64,000 bases of DNA. Origin: Oligoflexia bacterium. GTDB taxonomy: Bacteria > Bdellovibrionota > UBA1018 > CAIMNF01. Shown here piece after piece: positions 1 through 9,294 of this stretch. Position 1 is the stretch's first letter. Every line of letters starts with the position of its first letter. Location: assembly GCA_903831745.1 (NCBI GenBank), contig CAIKYX010000274.1, positions 25,063-89,062 on the forward strand, given 5' to 3'. A model generated the notes under the pieces. That model was not told the origin of the DNA. It made no database searches and saw only the letters and a list, made by a program, of their open reading frames with translations. Position numbers and translations under genes: made by a program.

Positions 1-786
1 AAAAGTTATGAAGAAGCAACCCACGATGTGATTCTGATCAGCGATTCGAATGTAAAAGTTCTGCCCGACATGCTTTCAACCATTGCCGACGAACTGGATG
101 CTACCACCGGACTCGTCACCTCGATCGTCGCCGGCACGAAGTTCGAGGGAGTCGGCGGGTACCTTGAGGCCATGTACCTAAATACGTTTTATGCCCGCTT
201 CAACGCCATCGCGAATGAATACGCGAAACCCTGCGTGGTCGGAAAATCGATGCTCTTCCGTAAGTCGACCGCAACCCGCTTTGGTGGACTCAAGGTGCTT
301 TCGCAATTCCTAGCCGAAGATTTCATGGCTGGCGAATCGATGGCCCGCCTTGGACTTCGGGTAAAAACTGCCCGCGAACCCGTGACTCAAATCATTGGTG
401 AACATTCGTTCATGCAGTTCTGGCGACGCCATGAACGCTGGGGTCGCATCCGCAAGGCCCACGCCCCCCTGGCCTTTTTGGTGGAGCCGCTCAGCAGCTC
501 ACTCCTCGCCGGCTCACTGGGCGCGCTTGCCTGCCACATGATCTGGCAGGTGAATTTCCTGCCAGTCTTCGTCGCTTCGCTTCTCTTTTGCGGACTCATG
601 GATCTGATTCAATTCTGGAGATTGAGTGGTCGTCCCAAACAATGGTATCTGTGGCCCTTTTTCTGGCTGTTCCGCGAATCTCTCGCGCTGCCACTTTGGA
701 TTTGGATTGGATCATCAGACACGGTAATCTGGCGAGGAAATCGACTCAGGCTTGCTCCGGGTGGACTCCTGAAGGAAAATAGATAA
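1..786 (+). CDS. Glycosyltransferase, family 2/21 (ceramide-glucosyltransferase-like), 5'-truncated at window edge
   Basis: Frame 1 is open from nt 1, so the gene starts upstream. Motifs 'CVVGKSMLFRK', 'LAEDFMAG' and 'FWRRHERWGRIR' fit the Glyco_transf_21/GT2 C-terminal half, followed by a hydrophobic C-terminal membrane region. Confidence 0.55.
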   Translation, partial: KSYEEATHDVILISDSNVKVLPDMLSTIADELDATTGLVTSIVAGTKFEGVGGYLEAMYLNTFYARFNAIANEYAKPCVVGKSMLFRKSTATRFGGLKVLSQFLAEDFMAGESMARLGLRVKTAREPVTQIIGEHSFMQFWRRHERWGRIRKAHAPLAFLVEPLSSSLLAGSLGALACHMIWQVNFLPVFVASLLFCGLMDLIQFWRLSGRPKQWYLWPFFWLFRESLALPLWIWIGSSDTVIWRGNRLRLAPGGLLKENR

Positions 787-796
787 GGATAGCTTT

Positions 797-1498
797 ATGG
801 CAAAAGTATTGGTGGTAGAAGACGAAGCAGATGTCCGTGATCTCTTAACGCTGCATTTAAAGCGTGAAGGCTATCAGGTTTCGGCCTACGAGGATGCCGA
901 AGAGGCTCTCGTATCATTCGAACGATCGGAAGCGGCTCGCGAGCCGTTTGACTTGATCATTCTCGACTGGATGTTGCCAAAGATGTCTGGCCTCGATCTG
1001 TGCAAAACCCTTCGCACCAAAATGAGTACCACCATTCCGATCATGCTGCTGACCGCCCGGGCAGATACGATGGACAAGGTACTTGGCCTCGAGATCGGTG
1101 CCGACGACTACCTGACGAAACCTTTCGAAATCCGCGAATTCGTAGCCCGTGTACGAGCCCTCATGAGGCGCGCTACTCCGACCGCCAGAGAAACCGCCAA
1201 GACGCAACTTTCTTTTGGTCCGTTTCGAGCAGACATTGCCGCCAAACAAATGTTTCTGAATGAAGTCGAAATCGCGCTCACTCCGAATGAGTTCAAGATT
1301 CTGACCACCCTGATGCAAAAACCAGGCACCACGTTCGAACGTCGCTACCTGATCAAGCTCATTCAAGGACCGGGAGTGGCCGTAGTCGATCGCACAATCG
1401 ACACCAGCATTCTCGGTTTGCGCAAGAAACTCGGCAAAGATGCGGACTGGGTCGAAACGGTTCGAGGATTTGGTTATCGTTTTCGAGGCGAGAAATGA
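797..1498 (+). CDS. Two-component response regulator, OmpR/PhoB family (REC + winged-helix)
   Basis: N-terminal receiver ('VLVVEDEADVRDLL', 'DLIILDWMLPKMSGLDL', 'DDYLTKPFEIREFVARVRALMRR'). C-terminal trans_reg_C-like ('LTPNEFKILTTLMQKPGTTFERRYL... VDRTIDTSILGLRKKLG... VETVRGFGYRF'). Confidence 0.85.
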   Translation: MAKVLVVEDEADVRDLLTLHLKREGYQVSAYEDAEEALVSFERSEAAREPFDLIILDWMLPKMSGLDLCKTLRTKMSTTIPIMLLTARADTMDKVLGLEIGADDYLTKPFEIREFVARVRALMRRATPTARETAKTQLSFGPFRADIAAKQMFLNEVEIALTPNEFKILTTLMQKPGTTFERRYLIKLIQGPGVAVVDRTIDTSILGLRKKLGKDADWVETVRGFGYRFRGEK

Positions 1499-2229
1499 AA
1501 ACACCCCCGGTTGCTCCAGATTATCCTGATGTCATTGCGGCCCTTAAAAAAGCCGAACAAATGCGAATCGAATTCGTGGCCAACGTTTCGCACGAACTCA
1601 GAACTCCGCTGACCTCGATCAAAGGTTATACCGAAACCCTGCTTCAGGATCTCGAGGACGGTCGTAAACCCGATCCAGAGTTTTTAAAAATCATTCTAAA
1701 GAACTCGAATCGCTTGCTCGCTCTCATCAACGACCTGCTCGATCTTTCAGCGATCGAGTCTGGAGCCGACGAACTGCACCCGGCCGATTTGAACTTGATG
1801 GAAATCACTCAACACGTCATCAAACAACTCGAACCTTTTGCAGAAGCCAAACGGACCACCATCAACGTCAGCGTCGATACACCGAAATTAAATGCCGACC
1901 CTAAACGACTCGAGCAAGTGCTGACCAACCTCATCGACAACGCGATCAAATATTGCCCGAATCAGTCGACCATTACCATCCAGTGGTCACACGAACAAAA
2001 TGATACAGTTTTACGGGTCATGGACAACGGACCGGGTATTGCAGAAAAATTCCTCGATCGCCTGTTTGAGCGTTTTTACCGCTTAGATAAAGGCCGATCA
2101 CGCGAAATGGGCGGTACCGGACTGGGATTATCCATCGTCAAACACATCATGCAACGACATGAAGGATCCGTTACGGTCGAGAGCGATGTTGGCGTCGGAA
2201 CCACCTTTATTTGCCGCTTTCCTGACTAA
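1495..2229 (+). CDS. Histidine kinase, soluble and sensor-less (HisKA + HATPase_c only)
   Basis: H-box 'EFVANVSHELRTPLTSIKGY'; N-box 'LTNLIDNAIKY'; G-boxes 'MDNGPGI' and 'GGTGLGLSIVK'. No TM or sensor domain. ATGA start-stop overlap with the upstream response regulator. Confidence 0.8.
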   Translation: MKTPPVAPDYPDVIAALKKAEQMRIEFVANVSHELRTPLTSIKGYTETLLQDLEDGRKPDPEFLKIILKNSNRLLALINDLLDLSAIESGADELHPADLNLMEITQHVIKQLEPFAEAKRTTINVSVDTPKLNADPKRLEQVLTNLIDNAIKYCPNQSTITIQWSHEQNDTVLRVMDNGPGIAEKFLDRLFERFYRLDKGRSREMGGTGLGLSIVKHIMQRHEGSVTVESDVGVGTTFICRFPD

Positions 2230-2274
2230 ATGAAATCCGTGGCGTGCAGACGTTAAATATGCCATGTTAGCGGC

Positions 2275-2982
2275 ATGCTTCTGCAACTCGAATCTCTTCG
2301 CAAGGTTTTCCTCCGCGGCGAACAACCCGTCGAAGCGCTCAAAGGCGTTTCGCTGAATATCGATCAGGGACAATTTATATCGATCATGGGACCAAGCGGT
2401 TCCGGAAAAAGCACCCTCCTTCACCTGATGGGCGGACTCGATCGCCCCACGTCCGGACGAGTCATCCTGAACGGGCAGTCGATCGAAAGCCTGTCGGATC
2501 ACGAGCTTTCAATCTTCAGACGACGAAAACTCGGTTTCATTTTTCAGTTCTTCAATTTGCTTCCTACTCTGAGCGCACTCGAAAACGTGGCGCTTCCTCG
2601 ACTCCTCGACGGCGAATCGATGAAAGCGGTCGAACCCAAGGCACTCGAACTTCTGACGATGATGGGTATCGAAAAAAGATCTCAACACAAGCCCGACCAG
2701 CTTTCGGGCGGAGAAATGCAACGTGTGGCAATTGCTCGCGCACTCGTCAGCGATCCGCTGCTGATTTTGGCGGATGAACCTACCGGAAATCTCGACTCGC
2801 GTACCGGCGAATCGGTGCTGAATCTGCTTTCACAAATGGTAAAAGCCACCGGCATCACCATCGTCATGGTCACGCACGATCCAAAAGCCGCCCATTTCGG
2901 AAGCCGCCTGATCAGACTCCGAGACGGCCTGCTCGAGTCAGACCAGAAGATTTCTACCCAAGACATTTCGGCGAGTCCCTGA
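2275..2982 (+). CDS. ABC transporter ATP-binding protein, LolD/MacB family
   Basis: Walker A 'GPSGSGKST'; ABC signature '[15 protein letters not shown]'; Walker B '[11 protein letters not shown]'; H-loop 'VTHD'. N-terminus '[25 protein letters not shown]' is typical of LolD/MacB ATPases. Confidence 0.85.
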   Translation: MLLQLESLRKVFLRGEQPVEALKGVSLNIDQGQFISIMGPSGSGKSTLLHLMGGLDRPTSGRVILNGQSIESLSDHELSIFRRRKLGFIFQFFNLLPTLSALENVALPRLLDGESMKAVEPKALELLTMMGIEKRSQHKPDQLSGGEMQRVAIARALVSDPLLILADEPTGNLDSRTGESVLNLLSQMVKATGITIVMVTHDPKAAHFGSRLIRLRDGLLESDQKISTQDISASP

Positions 2983-2985
2983 ACC

Positions 2986-5583
2986 ATGCTGAACCTATTT
3001 CGCTACATTGGTTTCAGACATTTAATTCGCAAGCCCGGTCGTGTACTCCTGACCACACTCGGCGTAGCGTTTGGAATCGCGCTTTACGTCGCAATTGCCA
3101 TCATCAATGATTCGACCAAAAACTCGATGAGAGAAAGTATCGAATCGATCTCGGGCAAAGCCAAGCTTTCGGTTTCGGCCGGGGTATCCGGATTCGAAGA
3201 ATCAAAACTCGAAATCATCCGCACTACTCCAGGAGTAAAGGCTGCCGTACCCCTGATCGAAGCGCGAGCATTCTTTAAAGGCGCGACTGAATCGAATCAG
3301 GGCCTGTACATCATGGGAGTCGACCTTTTACAGGAGACTGCCGTTCGAAGCTACAAAGCCACAGACCAACGTATCATCGACGATCCTCTTACTTTTTTGA
3401 ATCAACCGGACAGCATCATCCTGACGCTCGATTTGGCGAAAAGAAAAAATCTCAAACTCGACTCGAAAATCGATCTCGTCACCACTCTTGGAGTCAGAAC
3501 CTTTACCGTCAGAGGACTCCTCGAACCCGAAGGCGCGGCCAAAGCATATGGCGGATCGCTTGCACTCATGGACATCGATGGCGCGAGGGTGATGTTCTGA
3601 AAAGAAAACAAGCTCGATCGAGTCGATATCATTCCTGAAAAAGGATTTACGCAAGAAACCATCGAAAAAAATCTCAGAACAACTCTCGGACCAGGCTTGA
3701 CGATCGAAAGCCCCGAAGGACAGACAGCGCAAATGGAAGGAATGCTGAACTCATATCAGCTCATCCTGACTTTCTTCAGCACCCTGGCTCTCTTGGTCGG
3801 ACTTTTTCTCGTCATGAATTCGATTTCGATTGCAGTCGCCGAGCGTAAACGCGAAATCGGGACCCTTCGAGCGTTGGGCGCCACTCGCGGCTCAATGGTC
3901 GCGCTCTTCGTTGCCGAAGTCTTCGGCATCAGCCTGGTGGGTTCGGCCCTGGGTTGTTTTTTGGGGCGACTCCTCGCCGGTAAATTGGTCACTCAGGTAA
4001 CCGCCTCTTATATGGCTCAGTTTCAAACGCATATCGAAGTCACGCGACTCGAATTTTCAAACCGACAAATTGCGATCTCAATTGCCCTCGGAGTGGTCGC
4101 TTCACTCTTTGCCGCTCTTTTTCCGTCTGTAAAGGCAGCAAAGATTCACCCACTCGAAGCCATGAAGAGTCATGCCGAGAGCACTTCCTTTATCGAAGAC
4201 CGCCGTTCGAATTATGTAATGCTCCTGGGCTTGGGCTTGCTTGCGTTCCTGACGTGCTCGAACATCTATCAATGGGGCAAGATTCACGCTGCCGTCGAGT
4301 TGATGAGCAAGATTTCGTCAGTCCTCGGCGCGGCCCTCTTTGGACCGTTCTTGGTTTTTCTCTTCATCCGCATCTTTCGAAAGATCACCCAGCGCAGTAA
4401 AAGTGCAGTGGTTAAAATCTCGCAGGACAATCTTCTGCGTAGCCGTAGAAGAACCACTTCGAACGTAATGGCCTTGATGGTCGGATTATTTCTAGTCATG
4501 CTCATTGCGACCGTTCGTTCGAGCTTTCATTACACACTCATCAATTGGCTCGATCGGGTTTTCATTGCGGACGTCATGGTGGCATCGCAAGGCCGCTTGA
4601 TCGAAGGCGACGTATTGGCCATCAAGGAAGAAATGCAGGCCGATCTGATGACCCTTCCCGAAATTCGCCCCATTGGTCCGAGTCGAGGAATGGGTTCTCG
4701 GGTCATTCACTATACCTTTAATGGAGCCCGCATGATCATCAAAGCCCATGATCATTTTGCCGACTTTTACCAATATCGAAATTTTGCAATTGAAGGATCC
4801 GATCGAGTCGCCACCGCTGAGGCACTTTATTCATCACCCGAGCCCGCCATTCTGGTCACCGAAAACTTTCTTAAAAAGCAGCACTACCAGGTGGGCGATC
4901 ATGTAAAGCTTCCGACTCCGTCTGGAGACATTCCGTTTAAGATTATCGGCAAGGTGGTCGATTTTGCATCAGCCGAAGGCGTCATCTACATGAGCCGGGT
5001 CTGGTACAAAAAATACTTTCAGGATTCGAAAGTAACCGCATTCTTATTGAATGCAGCGCCAGGATACTCGCTCGAGCAACTCAGGGCTGCCATCGATCTG
5101 AAAGTGGGCAAGAAGTGGGATGTCGTCACGATTTCGAACCGCGAATTTCATGATCAAATGGAACAAGCGGTTGAACGGAGCTTTGCCTATACCCGTGCGA
5201 TCGAGCTGATCGCCCTATTAGTGGGCTTGCTCGGTCTTCTGAATACCCTACTCATCTCGGTCATGGAACGTACCCGCGAAATCGGAATGTTACGAGCTGT
5301 CGGTACTACCCGCAGTCAAATCGTGCAGATCATCATGAGCGAAGCCGTTATTCAAGGATTCTTTGGCGCGCTGGTCGCCATCATCCTAGGGGCCTACGTC
5401 GGAAAACTTTTTATCGAATACAATCTGAGTTCGACCCTGGGTTGGATTGTCGATTTCTATTTTCCACGCGAGTCGATTGCGAATACCCTGATGGTGGGAG
5501 TAGTGGTTGCAGCCATTGCAGGAATTCTGCCCGCCTATCGCGCGGCCAAATTGAACATTACGGAAGCACTAGAATATGAATAA
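2986..5583 (+). pseudogene. FtsX-family ABC permease (about 865 codons, two FtsX modules with MacB-type periplasmic domains) interrupted by one in-frame TGA at 3598-3600
   Basis: Track ORFs 2986..3600 and 3697..5583 are in the same frame (both coordinates are 1 mod 3). The sequence reads continuously as '...DIDGARVMF*KENKLDRVDIIPEKGF...'. FtsX TM helices follow each periplasmic domain ('ERKREIGTLRALGATR', 'ERTREIGMLRAVGTTR'). TGA is a true stop in neighbouring genes. Pseudogene versus sequencing error versus readthrough is unresolved. Confidence 0.5.
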
Positions 5584-6364
5584 ACTCACCCTTGTACTGA
5601 CTGTCTTGCTCTTACCTACTCTCGTTTTAGCCGCAATGAACCCGCGCGAGATCATGATCAAAAATGACGAAGCCAGGCGGGTGCATGAATTCGAAGCCCA
5701 ATGCAAACTCACTACCGGTGAGAAAATCAAAAACTTTACGCTTTATCGCAAAGTTCAAAAGGATGGAATTCACGACAGCACCCTGACCCGCTTTCATGAG
5801 CCGGCTGAAGTTCGCAATGAAGGCATCCTGATCGTCGAAAATGCGACCGGCCGAAACGATGTTCTGCTCTATCTTCCGAACTTCAAAAAGATTCGACGGG
5901 TCGAAAGCCAGCAACAAAGCGGAAGCTTCATGGGGTCGGCATTCAGCTATTCCGATATCGCAGCTCCTCATGTCGATGATTACACCTACAAAACCTTGCG
6001 AGAAGAAAAATGCCCGGGTGCCGAAGCTTCAGCCCAAACCTGTGCCGTAATCGAATGCACCCCGGCCAATGACGACGTAAAAGAACGCACGGGGTACAGC
6101 AAAACTGTTCTTTGGGTCAGACTCGACAACTACATGTGGGTTTCGGGCGATTATTACGATACCGATGGTACCCTCTTTAAGAAACTCGAAGCCAAGCAAA
6201 TCAAGATGGTCGACACCCAGAATCAGAAATGGCTTGCGCATGATCTGGTGGTACAAAACCTGAAGACCAAGGACTACACCCACCTCGAATTCTCGAAAGT
6301 AAAAGTAAACGGGGGCATTCCGGATTCGACGTTTACCCAACAAAATTTGCAAAAGACGAATTAG
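5576..6364 (+). CDS. LolA-like 'outer membrane lipoprotein-sorting' family protein, secreted
   Basis: Signal peptide 'MNKLTLVLTVLLLPTLVLA'. Family hallmark 'LPNFKKIRRVESQQQSGSFMGSAFSYSDI...DDYTYKTL'. Overlaps the permease stop by 8 nt, so it sits in the same operon. Confidence 0.7.
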   Translation: MNKLTLVLTVLLLPTLVLAAMNPREIMIKNDEARRVHEFEAQCKLTTGEKIKNFTLYRKVQKDGIHDSTLTRFHEPAEVRNEGILIVENATGRNDVLLYLPNFKKIRRVESQQQSGSFMGSAFSYSDIAAPHVDDYTYKTLREEKCPGAEASAQTCAVIECTPANDDVKERTGYSKTVLWVRLDNYMWVSGDYYDTDGTLFKKLEAKQIKMVDTQNQKWLAHDLVVQNLKTKDYTHLEFSKVKVNGGIPDSTFTQQNLQKTN

Positions 6365-6370
6365 ACCTTC

Positions 6371-7732
6371 ATGAAGCTAAAAGCGCTCACTCTGCTTTTT
6401 TTATCGACCAGTCTCATCGGAACCCTTGGGGCCCCGGCCCTAGCACATGCCGACGAAGAAGGTGCCGCTCTTCATCCCTTTGGTCGAGTCTATACCGACC
6501 AGTATTTTTATACTCAGAACCGAACGTCAGGAAACACCGCATCAAGTGTCGCCCAAAGCTCTGCTTCACTCTGGCTCGGCACCGATGTCGACGGCACCCA
6601 ATTCACTCATGGATTGAACGGGCATTTTCTGGGTCAACTGGATGGATTTCTTCGAAGCCCCACTCATCCGTACGATGCGACGAGCTCCGTGCAACTTCGT
6701 GAGGGGTACTTCAGCTACGCGGCATCGGGGCTCGATGTTAGGCTCGGACAACAAATTATTCCGTGGGGAAAATCAGACGGAGTTAATCCGACCGATTATT
6801 TTACTGCCAAGAATTATACTTTACTGAACCCGGATGATGAAGTCAGGCGCTCGGGCGCACCGTCACTGAACCTCAGCCTGACACCGAATGAGGGCAATTC
6901 GCCGTGGACACTGCAAACCGTGGTGCAGGCTTATGATCCTCAGACTCAATTGCTCATTCCGGATTCAGCACTTCCGACGGGTCTTGCTTTTTCGAAATAC
7001 CCAAAACCTCCCAGGGCTTTTACCCCTGAGTTTGCCGAATTCGGTGTAAAGCTTGCGTGCTTAAGAAATGATTTTGATTTTTCAATCTCTTACTTTCGCG
7101 GATACAACCATTTTGCGGAATACGTTTTTGATCCAAACACGAGTGCAGTCAACCCGGTCAACACCCGGCAAACCGCTGTAGGCGGCGATGCCTCGTTTAC
7201 GGTTTCAAACTTTGTATTTCGTGCAGAGTCCGCCATTTTGATGCCCGATAATGCAAAAGCAACCGAAGGCTTGAACGGATTAGTCGAACCGTGGCATTGG
7301 GATACCGTCTTGGGAGTCGAGCGACCGTTTCTTGAAAACTTCAGGGTACAAGCCCAATTGCTGATTCGTTCGCACTTTGAAGACGCGAATCCGCAGAATT
7401 ACACCTCGTTAAACCCGCTCGTCACCGCAGTTCAGCGTGCAGTCGGTCAGGCCAATCAATTGATCCTGAATTACCAACATCAGAATAATATTGGCGGCAC
7501 ACTGAGACTCGCCTATGCAAACGAGGCTTCGCCTTGGAGCGCGGATGTTTATCTGATCGGTTATTTTGCGAGTGGACAAGACTTCCTACTCAGGCCAGAG
7601 CTCGGCTATAAGTTCTTCGATAGCCTGCGACTCCTTGCAGGTATCGATCAGTACGGCGGCGAAGCCTCGCGCCCGCTCGGTGCACTCAAAAACCAAAGCG
7701 ATGTCTTTTTCGAAGGAAAATATACTTTTTAG
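6371..7732 (+). CDS. Secreted protein, probable outer-membrane beta-barrel partner of the exporter
   Basis: Signal peptide ending 'APALAHA'. Ends in 'FFEGKYTF' with a C-terminal Phe, as expected for an OM beta-barrel sorting signal. Follows the LolA-like gene by 7 nt. Confidence 0.5.
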   Translation: MKLKALTLLFLSTSLIGTLGAPALAHADEEGAALHPFGRVYTDQYFYTQNRTSGNTASSVAQSSASLWLGTDVDGTQFTHGLNGHFLGQLDGFLRSPTHPYDATSSVQLREGYFSYAASGLDVRLGQQIIPWGKSDGVNPTDYFTAKNYTLLNPDDEVRRSGAPSLNLSLTPNEGNSPWTLQTVVQAYDPQTQLLIPDSALPTGLAFSKYPKPPRAFTPEFAEFGVKLACLRNDFDFSISYFRGYNHFAEYVFDPNTSAVNPVNTRQTAVGGDASFTVSNFVFRAESAILMPDNAKATEGLNGLVEPWHWDTVLGVERPFLENFRVQAQLLIRSHFEDANPQNYTSLNPLVTAVQRAVGQANQLILNYQHQNNIGGTLRLAYANEASPWSADVYLIGYFASGQDFLLRPELGYKFFDSLRLLAGIDQYGGEASRPLGALKNQSDVFFEGKYTF

Positions 7733-7740
7733 GAAAAATT

Positions 7741-8517
7741 ATGAAACCTATTTCAAAACACCTCCTTTACGAACTGAGCGTCCAAAGTCCCGAATGGAAG
7801 GTTCAATACCTCCTGCAATTTCATCAATCACTGACGCGAAAAAAGGCACTTTCATTTCGAGAGGATTTTTGCGGCAGCGGCAGAATTGCCTGTGAATGGG
7901 TCAAACAATCAGGCAAACACTCAGCGCTTGGTCTCGACTTCGAAGCCGAGCCCCTTCAGTATGCGAGTACCGTCAACCAAACTCAGCTTTCTATACCCCA
8001 GCAAAAGCAAGTCAGCTTTAAGAAGCAGAATGTTCTGAAACCTACGCTTAAAAAATTCGACCTCATTGGCTCGTTTAATTTTTCGCATTCTGTATTTCAT
8101 GAGCGTGCCGATATGCTTCGCTACGCGAAATCAGTATTAAAATCACTGAATGCGGCAGGATCCTTTTTTCTCGAAGTTGCAGGTGGCCCGGATTTTCTAA
8201 AAGAAGATCGTCACGAAAAAATCATCAAGGTGCCCGGTGTGGGCCGGGTCAAACAAGTGTGGGAACAACACCAGTTCGACCCGATTACCACCGTGAGTGA
8301 TTATTCGATACATTTCAAACTTCCGACAGGCGATTGGCTCAATGATGCCTTCACCTACCACTGGCGAATCTGGGGTCTTCGCGAACTTCGCGAAATCTTA
8401 AGCGAAGCAGGCTTTAAAAAGACCCTGATTCTTTGGCCAGAAGGCGATGCCTATCATCCTGTCGAAACTGCCGAGCATGAACCCTTCTTCATCGCCTACA
8501 TTGTGGCTCTGAAGTAG
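7741..8517 (+). CDS. Putative class I SAM-dependent methyltransferase-like protein
   Basis: 'EDFCGSGRIACEWV' resembles motif I (E/DxGxGxG). The acidic residue at the end of beta2 ('LGLDFE') fits a Rossmann SAM-binding fold. Weak assignment. Confidence 0.4.
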   Translation: MKPISKHLLYELSVQSPEWKVQYLLQFHQSLTRKKALSFREDFCGSGRIACEWVKQSGKHSALGLDFEAEPLQYASTVNQTQLSIPQQKQVSFKKQNVLKPTLKKFDLIGSFNFSHSVFHERADMLRYAKSVLKSLNAAGSFFLEVAGGPDFLKEDRHEKIIKVPGVGRVKQVWEQHQFDPITTVSDYSIHFKLPTGDWLNDAFTYHWRIWGLRELREILSEAGFKKTLILWPEGDAYHPVETAEHEPFFIAYIVALK

Positions 8518-8522
8518 TTTGA

Positions 8523-9137
8523 TCAAAGGTGCATTCCCATGCAGGCAACAAAGAGCACATCCTGACCCAAGACCCCAAATGGCAGTTCGGCATAGAGTCT
8601 TTCGCCAAAGCGTAAACCTGGGCGCAGTGATGCAGTAAAGAGCACGTGGGTCGATGCCGTATTTGCCTCGAGCGTTCCACCGCCTACCGTCATGCCACCG
8701 TAACTGACCGTCGGAACATCCACCTTGGTTGAGCCCATGTGTAACACCGCAACTCCCATCCCCATGCCCATATACGGGCGAACGGATTGAGTGCCATCAA
8801 AGTCATGAGTAATGATTCCTTCGACCGGAACCACCCAAGTATGAGTGTCGGTTGGTCCATATAAAAATCCGGTTTGAAATCCTGCTTTGAAAGAATTCTT
8901 CGCAAAATCAGGCGAAAGATCGATCGGAAACTCGAACTTACCCAGAATTCCAGAATGAATCTTACTCGCAATCGTTCCGAGATCGGCTTCGAGCGAAAGC
9001 GGGCTCAGTTCGGTCGGCATCGGAGTGGGTGCAGCCGCGACGACGGTGCGACTCATCTGGGTTTTAGCGGCGGACGCCGGCAAAGTGAGGGAGGTTAATG
9101 ACAATACAGAACATACGAAAACGCTGAAATTTTTCAT
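8523..9137 (-). CDS. Secreted hypothetical protein, possible small outer-membrane beta-barrel
   Basis: Signal peptide 'MKNFSVFVCSVLSLTSLTLPASA'. Gly/aromatic-rich alternating pattern is consistent with a beta-barrel. No confident family match. Confidence 0.4.
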   Translation of the reverse strand: MKNFSVFVCSVLSLTSLTLPASAAKTQMSRTVVAAAPTPMPTELSPLSLEADLGTIASKIHSGILGKFEFPIDLSPDFAKNSFKAGFQTGFLYGPTDTHTWVVPVEGIITHDFDGTQSVRPYMGMGMGVAVLHMGSTKVDVPTVSYGGMTVGGGTLEANTASTHVLFTASLRPGLRFGERLYAELPFGVLGQDVLFVACMGMHL

Positions 9138-9294
9138 TTCATTTTCCTTTTGAATTAAATTGGATTTTGATTAAAGACAATCACCCGCACGCGCAGGCAA
9201 TTCCTGGGATAAATTGATGGAACCGTCACTCAGCCGTAAAGACCAAGCATTTGGTGTGCCGAGAACTTACACAAATGACATTGATATTGCAATT

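Noticed and set aside
914-1504. 196-aa minus-strand ORF (and 886-1077, 1108-1332) antisense to the response-regulator gene
   Set aside because: It lies entirely inside a strongly supported OmpR-family CDS on the opposite strand. No domain signature. Typical shadow ORF in ~50% GC DNA.
3598-3600. Selenocysteine recoding of the in-frame TGA in the FtsX permease
   Set aside because: No SECIS-like hairpin is apparent immediately downstream. The position is a periplasmic-domain residue with no redox context, and no selenoprotein machinery is evident in the window. A Trp-to-stop change or a sequencing error is simpler.
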